Part shown: positions 19,053 to 27,823 of the stretch, in pieces
Position numbering within the stretch: the stretch's first letter is position 1
Layout: every line of letters starts with the position of its first letter
Source: Kiritimatiellia bacterium
GTDB lineage: Bacteria; Verrucomicrobiota; Kiritimatiellia; RFP12; UBA1067
Reading direction: 5' to 3'
Assembly (NCBI GenBank): GCA_045627925.1
Contig: JAZQOS010000022.1
Span: forward strand, 64,063 to 128,062
DNA: 64,000 bases
Program-made: the position numbers and the translations under genes
The notes under the pieces: model-generated
Seen by the model: the letters and a program-made list of their open reading frames with translations, nothing else
What the model was told of the DNA's origin: nothing
The model's database searches: none

Positions 19053-20158
19053 AGACGCCGTACTACCTCGTCGACGAGGCGGCGCTGGAGCGAAATCTCA
19101 AGACGCTCGCGTCGGTGCGTAAGCGCGCCGGCGTGAAGATACTGCTTGCGCAAAAGGCGTTCTCGACGTTTCCCGTCTATCCGCTGATCGCGAAGTATCT
19201 CGACGGCACCACGGCGAGTGGACTTTACGAGGCGCGACTCGCGCACGAGGAGATGCCGAAGCGGGAAAATCACGTCTTCAATCCTGCGTTCACCGAATCG
19301 GATATGCGCTCGCTCGTGAAATGGTGCGATCACGTCGTTTTCAACTCCGTGGCGCAATGGAAGCGTTTTCGCGGTTTCAAGGGTCTTAAGAGCGCGGGAT
19401 TGAGGGTGAATCCCGGTTATAGCGAAATTAAACACGCGATCTACAATCCCTGCGCCAAGGGGTCGCGGCTTGGAGTGCCGCGCGAGTTTTTGAAAGTGGA
19501 GGACTTGGAGGGGCTGGAGGGACTGCATTTCCATTCGATGTGCGAGCAGGGGGCGGACGTTCTCGCGCGAACCTTGCCGCGCTTCGAGCGGAACTTCGGG
19601 GAGTTTCTGCCCAAGATGAAGTGGGTCAATTTCGGAGGCGGGCATCACATCACCAAGAAAGGTTACGACGTCAATCTGCTCGTGAAGACGCTGAGGGACT
19701 TCCGCCGTCGCCATCCGCACCTCGAAGTTTATCTGGAGCCGGGCGAGGCGATTGCGCTTAACGCGGGAACGCTTGTCGCCTCGGTACGCGAGATTATCGA
19801 CTACGGTACGCCGATTGCGATTCTCGATGCGTCTGCGGAGTGCCACATGCCGGATGTGATCGAAATGCCGTATCGTCCGCCGGTCATTGGAGCGGACGAA
19901 CCCGGGAAGAAGCGCTATACTTATCGTTTGGGCGGGCCGACGTGTCTCGCGGGCGACGTAATCGGCGACTATTCGTTTGCGCGAAAGTTGAAAGTTGGCG
20001 ACGAGGTCGTCTTCGGCGATATGGCGATATACACGATGGTGAAGAACAACACTTTTAACGGAATGCCGCTGCCCGCGATTGCTTTGCGAAAGAAGAGCGG
20101 GAAAATCGTGGTTTTACGCGAGTTTGGGTACGCCGACTTCAAGCGTCGGCTCGGCTAA
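19049..20158 (+). CDS. nspC: Carboxy(nor)spermidine decarboxylase (alanine-racemase-fold PLP decarboxylase)
   Basis: The GTG start forms a GTGA overlap with the upstream stop. VKTPYYLVDEAALERNLK is a typical N-terminus. LDAS.ECHMPD and GGPTCLAGD are also present. Confidence 0.8.
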   Translation: MKTPYYLVDEAALERNLKTLASVRKRAGVKILLAQKAFSTFPVYPLIAKYLDGTTASGLYEARLAHEEMPKRENHVFNPAFTESDMRSLVKWCDHVVFNSVAQWKRFRGFKGLKSAGLRVNPGYSEIKHAIYNPCAKGSRLGVPREFLKVEDLEGLEGLHFHSMCEQGADVLARTLPRFERNFGEFLPKMKWVNFGGGHHITKKGYDVNLLVKTLRDFRRRHPHLEVYLEPGEAIALNAGTLVASVREIIDYGTPIAILDASAECHMPDVIEMPYRPPVIGADEPGKKRYTYRLGGPTCLAGDVIGDYSFARKLKVGDEVVFGDMAIYTMVKNNTFNGMPLPAIALRKKSGKIVVLREFGYADFKRRLG

Positions 20159-20173
20159 CGTAAATAGTCGCTA

Positions 20174-20203
20174 TTGACGCAAAGCGTTTGATTTTGCTAT
20201 AAT
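20174..20203 (+). promoter_or_regulatory. Promoter of the nusA operon: TTGACG, 18-nt spacer, TGC-TATAAT
   Basis: The -35 is at 20174-20179 and the extended -10 TGCTATAAT is at 20195-20203. A leader of ~70 nt ends in AAGGAG before ATG 20281. Confidence 0.55.
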
Positions 20204-20280
20204 TCACTTGTTTTTCGGCGATCCGGGCGGGTCGTACCGAGGGGCGGTTTTCAACCTTTTGAAACCAAGGAGAAGTCGAA

Positions 20281-21564
20281 ATGGCGATGAACAGTCAGTT
20301 GCTGGCGGTGGTGCAGCACATCGAAAACGAACGCGGGGTCAGCCGCGAGATCGTCCTTACGGCGATCGAGCAGGCGATTCAACAGGCGGCGCGCAAGAAT
20401 CAGAACGTTACCAACGATCTTCGGGTGGTAATCGACCGCAAGGATCTCTCGCTTCACGTTTACGATACGCTCGTCGCCTCCGACGAGGACGTCGGACCCG
20501 GCTTCATCTCGCTCGCGCGGGCGGTTCGCTTCAATCACGGCAATCCGGTGAACGAAGGCGACACCATTGAGATTGAGATGCCGGCGTCGCGTTTGGGGCG
20601 TATCGCGGCGCAGACCTCTCGCCAGATGATTATGCAGAAGATTCGCGAGGCCGAGCGCACCAACACCTTCTCCGAATACAAGGATCGCGTCGGCGATATC
20701 GTTTCGGGTACGGTCAGCGCGATTTCGCGTCGCGACACCTACGTCACGGTCGGAAAGACCGAGATGATTCTCCCCGGCAAGGAACGGATTCCGACCGAGG
20801 AATATCAGGTCGGCGATCCCATCAAGGCGATCATTCCCCGCGTCGATCCCGAGGCGAAGGGCCCGAGCGTGGTTCTTTCGCGAGCGAGCGGAAAGTTCAT
20901 CGAGGCGCTATTCCGGTTGGAAGTCAGCGAAATCGCGGACGGCGTCGTCGAAATCATGGGCGTCAGCCGCGATCCCGGTTATCGCGCCAAAATCGCGGTT
21001 CGCACCTCGAACGACGGCGTCGATCCGGTCGGAGCGTGCGTCGGACAGCGCGGTAGTCGCGTTCGTTCGATCGTTAACGAGCTTTCGGGCGAAAAGATCG
21101 ACATCGTCCGCTGGAACGAGGACATTCGCCAGTACGTGGCCCAGGCGCTCGCTCCGGCGAAGCTCGAATCGATCGAGATCGATCCCGTTCAGGCCAATAC
21201 CGTTCACATCGTCGCCGCCGCCGACCAGTATTCGCTCGCCATCGGCAAGCGCGGGCAGAACGTGCGGCTGACGACCAAGCTCACCGGTTGGCACGTCGAG
21301 ATCAAGAAGTCGATGGCTACCGCTTCCTTCGAAGACCAGAAGGCGGAAGCGATCAAGGAGCTCGCCGAGATGCTGTCCGTTTCGACTGCGGTCGCGACTC
21401 AGATGGCGGATGCGGGTTATCTTACCGTCGACGGCATCGCCGAGGAGGACGAGGCGAGCTTCATCGCCGCGACCGGTCTCGACGAAGTGCAGGCGAAAGG
21501 TGTTTACGCCGCGGCCAAGGCGGTCGCGGAACTTACCGCCACCAAAGGCGAGGGAGCCGAATGA
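20281..21564 (+). CDS. nusA: Transcription termination/antitermination factor NusA
   Basis: N-terminal LLAVVQHIENERGVSREIVLTAIEQAI, followed by S1 and KH regions (GACVGQRGSRV, AIGKRGQNVRL). Confidence 0.95.
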   Translation: MAMNSQLLAVVQHIENERGVSREIVLTAIEQAIQQAARKNQNVTNDLRVVIDRKDLSLHVYDTLVASDEDVGPGFISLARAVRFNHGNPVNEGDTIEIEMPASRLGRIAAQTSRQMIMQKIREAERTNTFSEYKDRVGDIVSGTVSAISRRDTYVTVGKTEMILPGKERIPTEEYQVGDPIKAIIPRVDPEAKGPSVVLSRASGKFIEALFRLEVSEIADGVVEIMGVSRDPGYRAKIAVRTSNDGVDPVGACVGQRGSRVRSIVNELSGEKIDIVRWNEDIRQYVAQALAPAKLESIEIDPVQANTVHIVAAADQYSLAIGKRGQNVRLTTKLTGWHVEIKKSMATASFEDQKAEAIKELAEMLSVSTAVATQMADAGYLTVDGIAEEDEASFIAATGLDEVQAKGVYAAAKAVAELTATKGEGAE

Positions 21565-23870
21565 CCGAGGAAATTCTCAAAAAGCGCGAGGAAAAGCGCG
21601 CCCGTGCGGCGGCGCTTAACGCGCAGTTCTTCGCCGAGCAGCGCGCGAAGCTCGAAGAGCATTTGAAGATCGCCAAGCTCGCCGCCGAAGGCAAGAAGGT
21701 GTCGAACAAAAGCGAAGGCGGACAAAAGAACGCTCCGGCCTCCGTCTCCGTCGCTCCTGCCACGGGAACGGGATCTGCTGGAAAGCCGACCATTCGCATG
21801 GCTCCCGGCTACAAGCCCAAAGCGCCGGTCGTTGCGCCGGAGTTCTCCAAGACCGGACTTACGAGCGCGGGCTTCAAACCGCTCGCGAAGGCGAAGCCGG
21901 CGGCGGCGATTTCCATTTCGGTAGCGGCTCCGAAACCCGTCGCGCCCAAGGCGTCGTCCTACGTGGACGACGACAACACCCGCAAGGGCAAGAAGGGACG
22001 CGAAGGTCAGAAGAGCTTCGACAAGCGCGTCGCTCGCGTGGCTCCGCAGGTTCCCCAGCAGGGCGGGCGGATCTCGGTCAACGAGGAATCTCGCGAAATT
22101 TCGATTCGCGGCGCGGTAGTCGTAAAGGATCTCGCCGTCAAGCTGAACATCAAGCCCAATCGGCTGATCGCCGACTTGATGTCGCTCAAAATCCTCGCCT
22201 CGATCAATCAACGGGTCGAGCCGGATGTCGCGACCAAGGTCGCGGAGAAGTACGGCTTCAAGGTGGTGGTCGAGCATTCGCGCGACAAGGCGGCGGCGAA
22301 GCCGGTTTTGAAGGCGATTGACGCCGACGATCTGATTCCCGAGGATCCGCCGGAGACGCTGAAGGAACGTGCTCCGGTGATTACGTTCCTCGGCCACGTC
22401 GACCACGGCAAGACGACGCTCATGGATTACATCCGCAAGGAGCACGTCGCCGCTGGCGAAGCGGGCGGAATTACCCAGCAGATTAGCGCCTATCAAGTCG
22501 AGGTCGCGGGGAAGAAGATTACCTTTTTGGATACGCCCGGACACGCCGCGTTCAGCGCAATGCGCGCGCGCGGCGCCCAGATTACCGATATCGCGGTTCT
22601 CATTATCGCCGCCGACGACGGCATTATGCCGCAGACCGAGGAGTGCATCCGGGTCGCGCGTCAGACCGGCGTGCAGATCATGGTCGCGATTACCAAGGCC
22701 GACAAGCCGACCGCGAACGCCGATCGGGTCAAGCAACAGCTCCAAAAGGCCGGGCTTACGCCCGAGGACTGGGGCGGCGACATCATCTGTTGTCCAGTTA
22801 GCGGCGTTACGGGTCAGGGCGTCGATTCGCTTTTGGAGAACATTCTCGTCCAGGCCGAAATTCTGGAGTTGCAGGCGAATCCGAATCGCCGCGCGAACGG
22901 ATTTGTCATCGAATCCGAGCTTCAACAGGGTCTCGGACCGTGCGCGACGCTGCTCGTCACCGGCGGTACGCTCAAGGTCGGCGACGCGATTATGATTGGC
23001 GAGCATTTCGGCAAGGTGCGTTCGCTCATCGACGATCACGGACGGCGCATCAAGGAGGCGCCGCCGGCGACTCCGGTCAAGTGCACCGGACTTTCGGGCG
23101 TTCCCGAAGCCGGTAGCGAGTTCCGGGTGATGCTTGACGAAAAGCGCGCCCGCACCCTCGCCGAGCAGACTGCGCAGGATAAGAAGGAACAGGAGCTCGC
23201 GACTTCCAAGGCGGCGACGTTGGACGCGCTCATGAGCCGCATGGCGGCGGAAGGCAAGCGCGAACTGAACGTCATCGTCAAGAGCGACACCCAAGGCTCG
23301 TTGGAGGCGATTGTTCAGGCGCTCAACGAAATCAAGAGCGAGAAGGTTTCGCTGAACGTAATCGGCACGGGTACCGGCAACGTCTCGCTGACCGACGTGA
23401 AATCCGCCGCCGCCGGCAAGGCGATTGTCGTCGGCTTCGACATCGGCAACGACTCGGGCGTTCAGAATCAGGCGCGTCACGACGGGGTGAGGATCAATTC
23501 CTTCCGCATCATCTACGAGCTCATCGACCACGTCAAGAACTCGATGCTCGATTTGCTGCCGCCGGAATACAAGGAAGTTGTGAAGGGCCATGCCGAGGTC
23601 AAGGCGATATACGACATCGGCAAGCTCGGAAAGATCGCGGGTTCCCAAATGCTCGACGGCTCGTTGGTCGCCAAGGAGAAGTTCCGCATTCTTCGCGGAA
23701 AGACGGCGGTTTGGGAAGGCAAGGTTCAGACGCTTCGACACTTCAAGGACGAGGTCAAGGAAGTGACCGGCCAGCAGGAGTGCGGTGTCTGCTTTGCGAA
23801 TTTCGAGGGCTTCGAGGTCGGCGACGTTATCGAGTGCTATGTACTCGAAGAGCTGCCGCGTTCGCTCTAA
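21561..23870 (+). CDS. infB: Translation initiation factor IF-2
   Basis: ATGA overlap with the nusA stop. G-domain motifs [15 protein letters not shown] and TKAD. The ORF-track start at 21288 lies inside nusA and is rejected. Confidence 0.95.
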   Translation: MTEEILKKREEKRARAAALNAQFFAEQRAKLEEHLKIAKLAAEGKKVSNKSEGGQKNAPASVSVAPATGTGSAGKPTIRMAPGYKPKAPVVAPEFSKTGLTSAGFKPLAKAKPAAAISISVAAPKPVAPKASSYVDDDNTRKGKKGREGQKSFDKRVARVAPQVPQQGGRISVNEESREISIRGAVVVKDLAVKLNIKPNRLIADLMSLKILASINQRVEPDVATKVAEKYGFKVVVEHSRDKAAAKPVLKAIDADDLIPEDPPETLKERAPVITFLGHVDHGKTTLMDYIRKEHVAAGEAGGITQQISAYQVEVAGKKITFLDTPGHAAFSAMRARGAQITDIAVLIIAADDGIMPQTEECIRVARQTGVQIMVAITKADKPTANADRVKQQLQKAGLTPEDWGGDIICCPVSGVTGQGVDSLLENILVQAEILELQANPNRRANGFVIESELQQGLGPCATLLVTGGTLKVGDAIMIGEHFGKVRSLIDDHGRRIKEAPPATPVKCTGLSGVPEAGSEFRVMLDEKRARTLAEQTAQDKKEQELATSKAATLDALMSRMAAEGKRELNVIVKSDTQGSLEAIVQALNEIKSEKVSLNVIGTGTGNVSLTDVKSAAAGKAIVVGFDIGNDSGVQNQARHDGVRINSFRIIYELIDHVKNSMLDLLPPEYKEVVKGHAEVKAIYDIGKLGKIAGSQMLDGSLVAKEKFRILRGKTAVWEGKVQTLRHFKDEVKEVTGQQECGVCFANFEGFEVGDVIECYVLEELPRSL

Positions 23871-24233
23871 ATGGGCGTCGAACGGTTAGAACGGATCAAT
23901 TCGCTCCTGAAGCGGGTGATTGCCGAGTCGATGTTCTCGGTTATGCAGGGCGACAACGTCCAACCGGGGCTGATTACGGTTACCGGCGTCAGTTGCGGTA
24001 AGGATTTGCGCGACGCCACGGTCGGAATCTCGGTGTTCGGCGACGAGGCGCTTAAAAAGACCGCGCTCGATCACCTTAGGCACCACGCTCGGCGTTTTCA
24101 GGAAATCGTCAACCGCGAAGTGCGAATGAAGTTCACGCCGCGTTTGACTTTCCAGCTCGATCGCTCGATTGAAAAGGGCGATGAGGTGTTGGCGATTCTC
24201 AATCGTCTCGATGGCCAATCTGACCCAGCTTAA
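23871..24233 (+). CDS. rbfA: Ribosome-binding factor A
   Basis: RLERINSLLKRVIAE..., 120 aa, in the conserved position after infB. Confidence 0.9.
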   Translation: MGVERLERINSLLKRVIAESMFSVMQGDNVQPGLITVTGVSCGKDLRDATVGISVFGDEALKKTALDHLRHHARRFQEIVNREVRMKFTPRLTFQLDRSIEKGDEVLAILNRLDGQSDPA

Positions 24234-24912
24234 GTTGCTCGAGAATCTGCACGGATTCCTGCTGGTGGACAAGCCCGTGGGGCTCGCGTTCAATACCGTC
24301 GTCAAATCCGTCAAGCGCAAGTTCAATCTCGTCAAGGTCGGTCATGGCGGCAGTTTGGACGCGATGGCAAGCGGGGTTTTGGTGCTTTTGATCAACGACG
24401 CCAACAAGTTCGTCGGCGAGGTTATGGGCGCGGATCGCGCCTACGTCGGAAAGATTCGCTGGGGGCTCAGGACGAATACCCACGACATCCACGGCGAAGC
24501 GCTTGGCGGAAGCGGGGCGTCGCCCGAACCCGAGGCGCTGGAAAAGGCGATTAAGGAGTTGAAGGGCGACATTTTCCAGACCGAGCCGCGCTTCTGCGGA
24601 GTTCGTAGGGAGGGAAGCGCCGATTATGAAATCGCCGACACCGGCGAACACTCCGCTTTTCTCACGCACGTCTACCGGCTTTCGGTTTCCGGCGACGAGT
24701 TCGCGGTTTCGGGCACCAAGTCGCTAATCGTTCGGACGCTCGTCAACGATCTTGGCGAGGCGTGCGGTTGCGGGGCGGCGCTGGAATCGCTTCGGCGCGT
24801 TTCCGTGGGGAAGTTTTCGGTCGAAAAGGCGATTCCCTTCGAGCGGCTGCTCGACATCGACATCAAGGACTTCGCGTCATGCGTGATTCCAATCGGCGAG
24901 GCGTTGCGGTAG
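24211..24912 (+). CDS. truB: tRNA pseudouridine-55 synthase
   Basis: GFLLVDKPVG and KVGHGGSLDAMASGVLVLL (catalytic Asp motif). I chose the start at ATG 24211. Confidence 0.85.
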   Translation: MANLTQLKLLENLHGFLLVDKPVGLAFNTVVKSVKRKFNLVKVGHGGSLDAMASGVLVLLINDANKFVGEVMGADRAYVGKIRWGLRTNTHDIHGEALGGSGASPEPEALEKAIKELKGDIFQTEPRFCGVRREGSADYEIADTGEHSAFLTHVYRLSVSGDEFAVSGTKSLIVRTLVNDLGEACGCGAALESLRRVSVGKFSVEKAIPFERLLDIDIKDFASCVIPIGEALR

Positions 24913-25685
24913 GATTTTTCGACGGCGTCCATCTCGGACACCGTGCGATTCTCGATCGCGCCGACCGCGCGGTCACGTTCTCCATTCATCCGCTCGCCGT
25001 TCTCAAGCCGGAGATTGCGCCGAGAATGATCATGACGACGGCGGAACGAGTCGCGGCAATCGGGAAGCCGGTTACGCTTCTTGACTTTACCGCCGAGTTG
25101 GCCGCGAAAAGCCCGGCGGAGTTTCTCGCGCTTGCGGACATCAATCGAGACGACACGGTTTATTGCGGCGAAAACTGGCGTTTCGGTCGGGATGGTGAGG
25201 GCGATGCCAAATGGCTTGCCGAGCGCGGCTATTCGGTCGAGGTCGTTCCCTACGCCAAATATCGCGACGAAATCATTTCTTCCTCGCGCATTCGCAAGGC
25301 GCTCGCCGTCGGCGAAATCGAAGACGTTAACGCAATGCTCGGAAGACGTTATTCGATTGTCGCTTCTCGTTCTTCGGGCAAGGGACTCGGACGGACGATA
25401 GGATATCCGACGATCAATTTCGAAACGGACGCGCCGCTCGCCACCGGGGTTTACGAGGTCGCGGTGGACGGCGTTAGGGGCGTTGCCAATTTCGGGTTTG
25501 CGCCGACGATGGGCGATCGTGCGTGGACGAAGCCGACATTGGAGGTGCATTTGCTCGAAGCGGGCGAGGTGGCGACCGGTCGAGTCGAGTTCGTTCGCTT
25601 TCTTCGCGCCGAGCGTAAGTTCGCCTCGGTCGAAGAGTTGCGTCGGCAGATCGCCGCCGATTGTGATAGAATACTCGCGAGGTAG
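24879..25685 (+). CDS. ribF: Bifunctional riboflavin kinase / FMN adenylyltransferase
   Basis: VAVGFFDGVHLGHRAIL, SSSRIR, and the C-terminal riboflavin kinase region (GYPTINF, LEVHLL, ERKFAS.EEL..QI). Confidence 0.9.
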   Translation: MRDSNRRGVAVGFFDGVHLGHRAILDRADRAVTFSIHPLAVLKPEIAPRMIMTTAERVAAIGKPVTLLDFTAELAAKSPAEFLALADINRDDTVYCGENWRFGRDGEGDAKWLAERGYSVEVVPYAKYRDEIISSSRIRKALAVGEIEDVNAMLGRRYSIVASRSSGKGLGRTIGYPTINFETDAPLATGVYEVAVDGVRGVANFGFAPTMGDRAWTKPTLEVHLLEAGEVATGRVEFVRFLRAERKFASVEELRRQIAADCDRILAR

Positions 25686-25689
25686 CAAG

Positions 25690-26971
25690 ATGGGGTTTTT
25701 CAAGGCATACGACATGCGCGGGACGTTCGGGGTCGATTTCGATCTCGCGCTCGTGCGCAAGATCGGTCGGGCGCTCCCGCAAGTAGTAAAGGGCAAACGC
25801 TGGTTGGTGGGGCGCGATTGCCGCGAAACGAGCGAAGCCATTCGCGACGAACTCGTCAAGGGGCTTGAGGAGGGTGGCGCCGAGGTCGTGGATTTGGGTC
25901 TTTCGACGACGCCGATGGTCTATTTCTTCACCGCCGAGGAGAATTTCGACGGTTCGGTGATGATCACCGCCTCGCACAATCCGCCGACCGACAACGGACT
26001 TAAGGTGTCGATGCGTACGGCGCTGCCGGTAGGTTACGCGAATGGACTTAGGGAAGTGGAAAGGATCGTCCGTGAATCGACTTGAGGTCTACGTCGAGTG
26101 GATGCGCCGGCGCGCACCGGATTTTTCCGATCTCGCTTTCGCGGTCGATTGCTCGAACGGCATGGCGTCGCTGATCGTTCACGAGCTTTTCCCGGGGGCG
26201 ATTGCGATCAACGATTCGTTGGATGGCCGGTTTTCTCGCCACAGTCCCAATCCGCTAATGCCGGAGGCGCGCACGGAGCTTTCCGAGTTGGTGGTTCGGA
26301 AAAAACTCGATTGCGGAGTGATATTCGACGGCGATGCGGATCGGGCGATGTTCGTGGACGAGCGCGGCGAATTCGTCCAGCCCGATTATTTGATTCCGAC
26401 GGTGGCGAAGGCGACCGGGGTCGGCAAGGTGATTCACGACGTGCGCACTTCGCGCGGAGCGATTGAAGAGTTGAAGCGAATGGATTGCGAACCGGTGATG
26501 GTTCCAGTAGGGCACGCCTTTGCGAAGCCGATTCTGCGCGAGATCGGGGCGATTTGCGGCGGCGAACTCGCTGGCCACTACTACTTTAGCGAATTTCACG
26601 GGTGCGATTCGGGAGCGCTCGCGGCGCTCAAAATTCTCGGCGAAATCGTCAGGGCGAAGCGCTCGGGAAAGACGTTTTCGGAGATGATGCACCCGATTTC
26701 CGGGGTCTACGCCAACTCGGGCGAGCTCAATTTCACCGTCGCCGACAAGGATGCCGCGGTCGCGGCGACGATCATGGCGGCGAAGACGCTTGGTCGCGAA
26801 ATCTCCCGAAGCGAGATGGACGGCGTGAGGATGGAGTTCGCCGAGGGATGGATTAACGTTCGCAAGTCCAACACCGAACCGTATCTTCGGTTGATCGTCG
26901 AGTGCGATTCTGTTTCGCGTCTCGCGCAATGGACGGCGACGCTCGAAGCGGCGATAAAGAATGCTCGTTGA
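25690..26971 (+). pseudogene. Phosphomannomutase/phosphoglucomutase (alpha-D-phosphohexomutase) interrupted by a 1-nt frameshift near 26070-26085
   Basis: The N-terminal part in frame 1 (FKAYDMRG..., active-site TASHNP) ends at TGA 26083-26085. The rest continues in frame 2 with DGDADR (Mg loop), GELAGH and RKSNTEP. The junction reads ...REVERIVREST* / ...LEVYVEWM. Confidence 0.75.
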
Positions 26972-27803
26972 TTTTCACGTTCATTCGACGGCGAGCGACG
27001 GCACGCTCGCGCCTGCGGAAATCGCGCGACAGGCGAAGGATTTCGCCGCCATCGCGCTTACCGATCACGACAATTGCGACGGTATCGCGGAATGGAGCGG
27101 AGTCGCCGGAGTGGAGCTTTCGATCGAACCGGGAAGGGGCTTCGACCGCTTTCATCTTCTGGGACTTGGGATCGACTCGGGCAATCCCGCGCTCAAGGCG
27201 TTTTTGCGGCGTATTCTCGAAGGACGTAACGAGCGCAATGCTCGGATAATCGCGAATTTCGCCCGTCTGGGCATCGATCTCGGAAGTGAAATCGGCGCTT
27301 ACGCCCACGGCGAGGTGTTGGCGAGGCCGCATTTCGCCGCGTGGCTCGTAAAGCACGGTCGTGCGAAGTCGATCGCCGAAGCGTTCGAAAAATATCTTCT
27401 GCCGACTTCGCCGAAGGCGACGCGGTGCTACGAGGAGCGCTACCATCCTTCGCAGTCGGAGTCGTTCGAGGTCGTTCACGCCGCAGGCGGGCTCGCGGTC
27501 ATGGCGCATCCCAAGTATTGGCGCGACGATTGGCGCGAGCGTGGCGCGGACTATCTGGCGGCGGAAGCGGAGCTCAGGCGGCTTAAGGACCTGGGGTTGG
27601 ACGGAATCGAGGCGCTTTATCACGCGAACACGGTCGAGGAAAACATCGGTTTTACGCATCTCGCGGACAGGGTCGGATTGCTTAAAACCGCAGGTAGCGA
27701 TTTCCATGGCGCGAACAAGCCCGAGATACCGCTTGGCATGGAGGTTTCGGAGAAGTTTATCGCACCTTTTTTGGCGAGGATTTCGACCGCATTTTCGCGA
27801 TAG
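26961..27803 (+). CDS. PHP-domain metal-dependent phosphoesterase (TrpH/YciV-like)
   Basis: The N-terminus MLVDFHVHSTASDGT is the canonical PHP motif. Later motifs include ALTDHD and GSDFHG. Confidence 0.85.
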   Translation: MLVDFHVHSTASDGTLAPAEIARQAKDFAAIALTDHDNCDGIAEWSGVAGVELSIEPGRGFDRFHLLGLGIDSGNPALKAFLRRILEGRNERNARIIANFARLGIDLGSEIGAYAHGEVLARPHFAAWLVKHGRAKSIAEAFEKYLLPTSPKATRCYEERYHPSQSESFEVVHAAGGLAVMAHPKYWRDDWRERGADYLAAEAELRRLKDLGLDGIEALYHANTVEENIGFTHLADRVGLLKTAGSDFHGANKPEIPLGMEVSEKFIAPFLARISTAFSR

Positions 27804-27804
27804 A

Positions 27805-27816
27805 TTATGATATAAT
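27805..27816 (+). promoter_or_regulatory. Extended -10 element TTATGATATAAT, 7 nt upstream of the potA ATG
   Basis: TGA-TATAAT at 27808-27816, then TCGCGCA, then ATG 27824. No Shine-Dalgarno is present. The same 12-mer occurs at 40386-40397. Confidence 0.45.
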
Positions 27817-27823
27817 TCGCGCA

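Noticed and set aside
26041-26085. Programmed ribosomal frameshift in the phosphomannomutase gene
   Set aside because: There is no slippery heptamer, no homopolymer run, and no downstream hairpin or pseudoknot near the frame switch. An indel (mutation or assembly error) is the simpler explanation.
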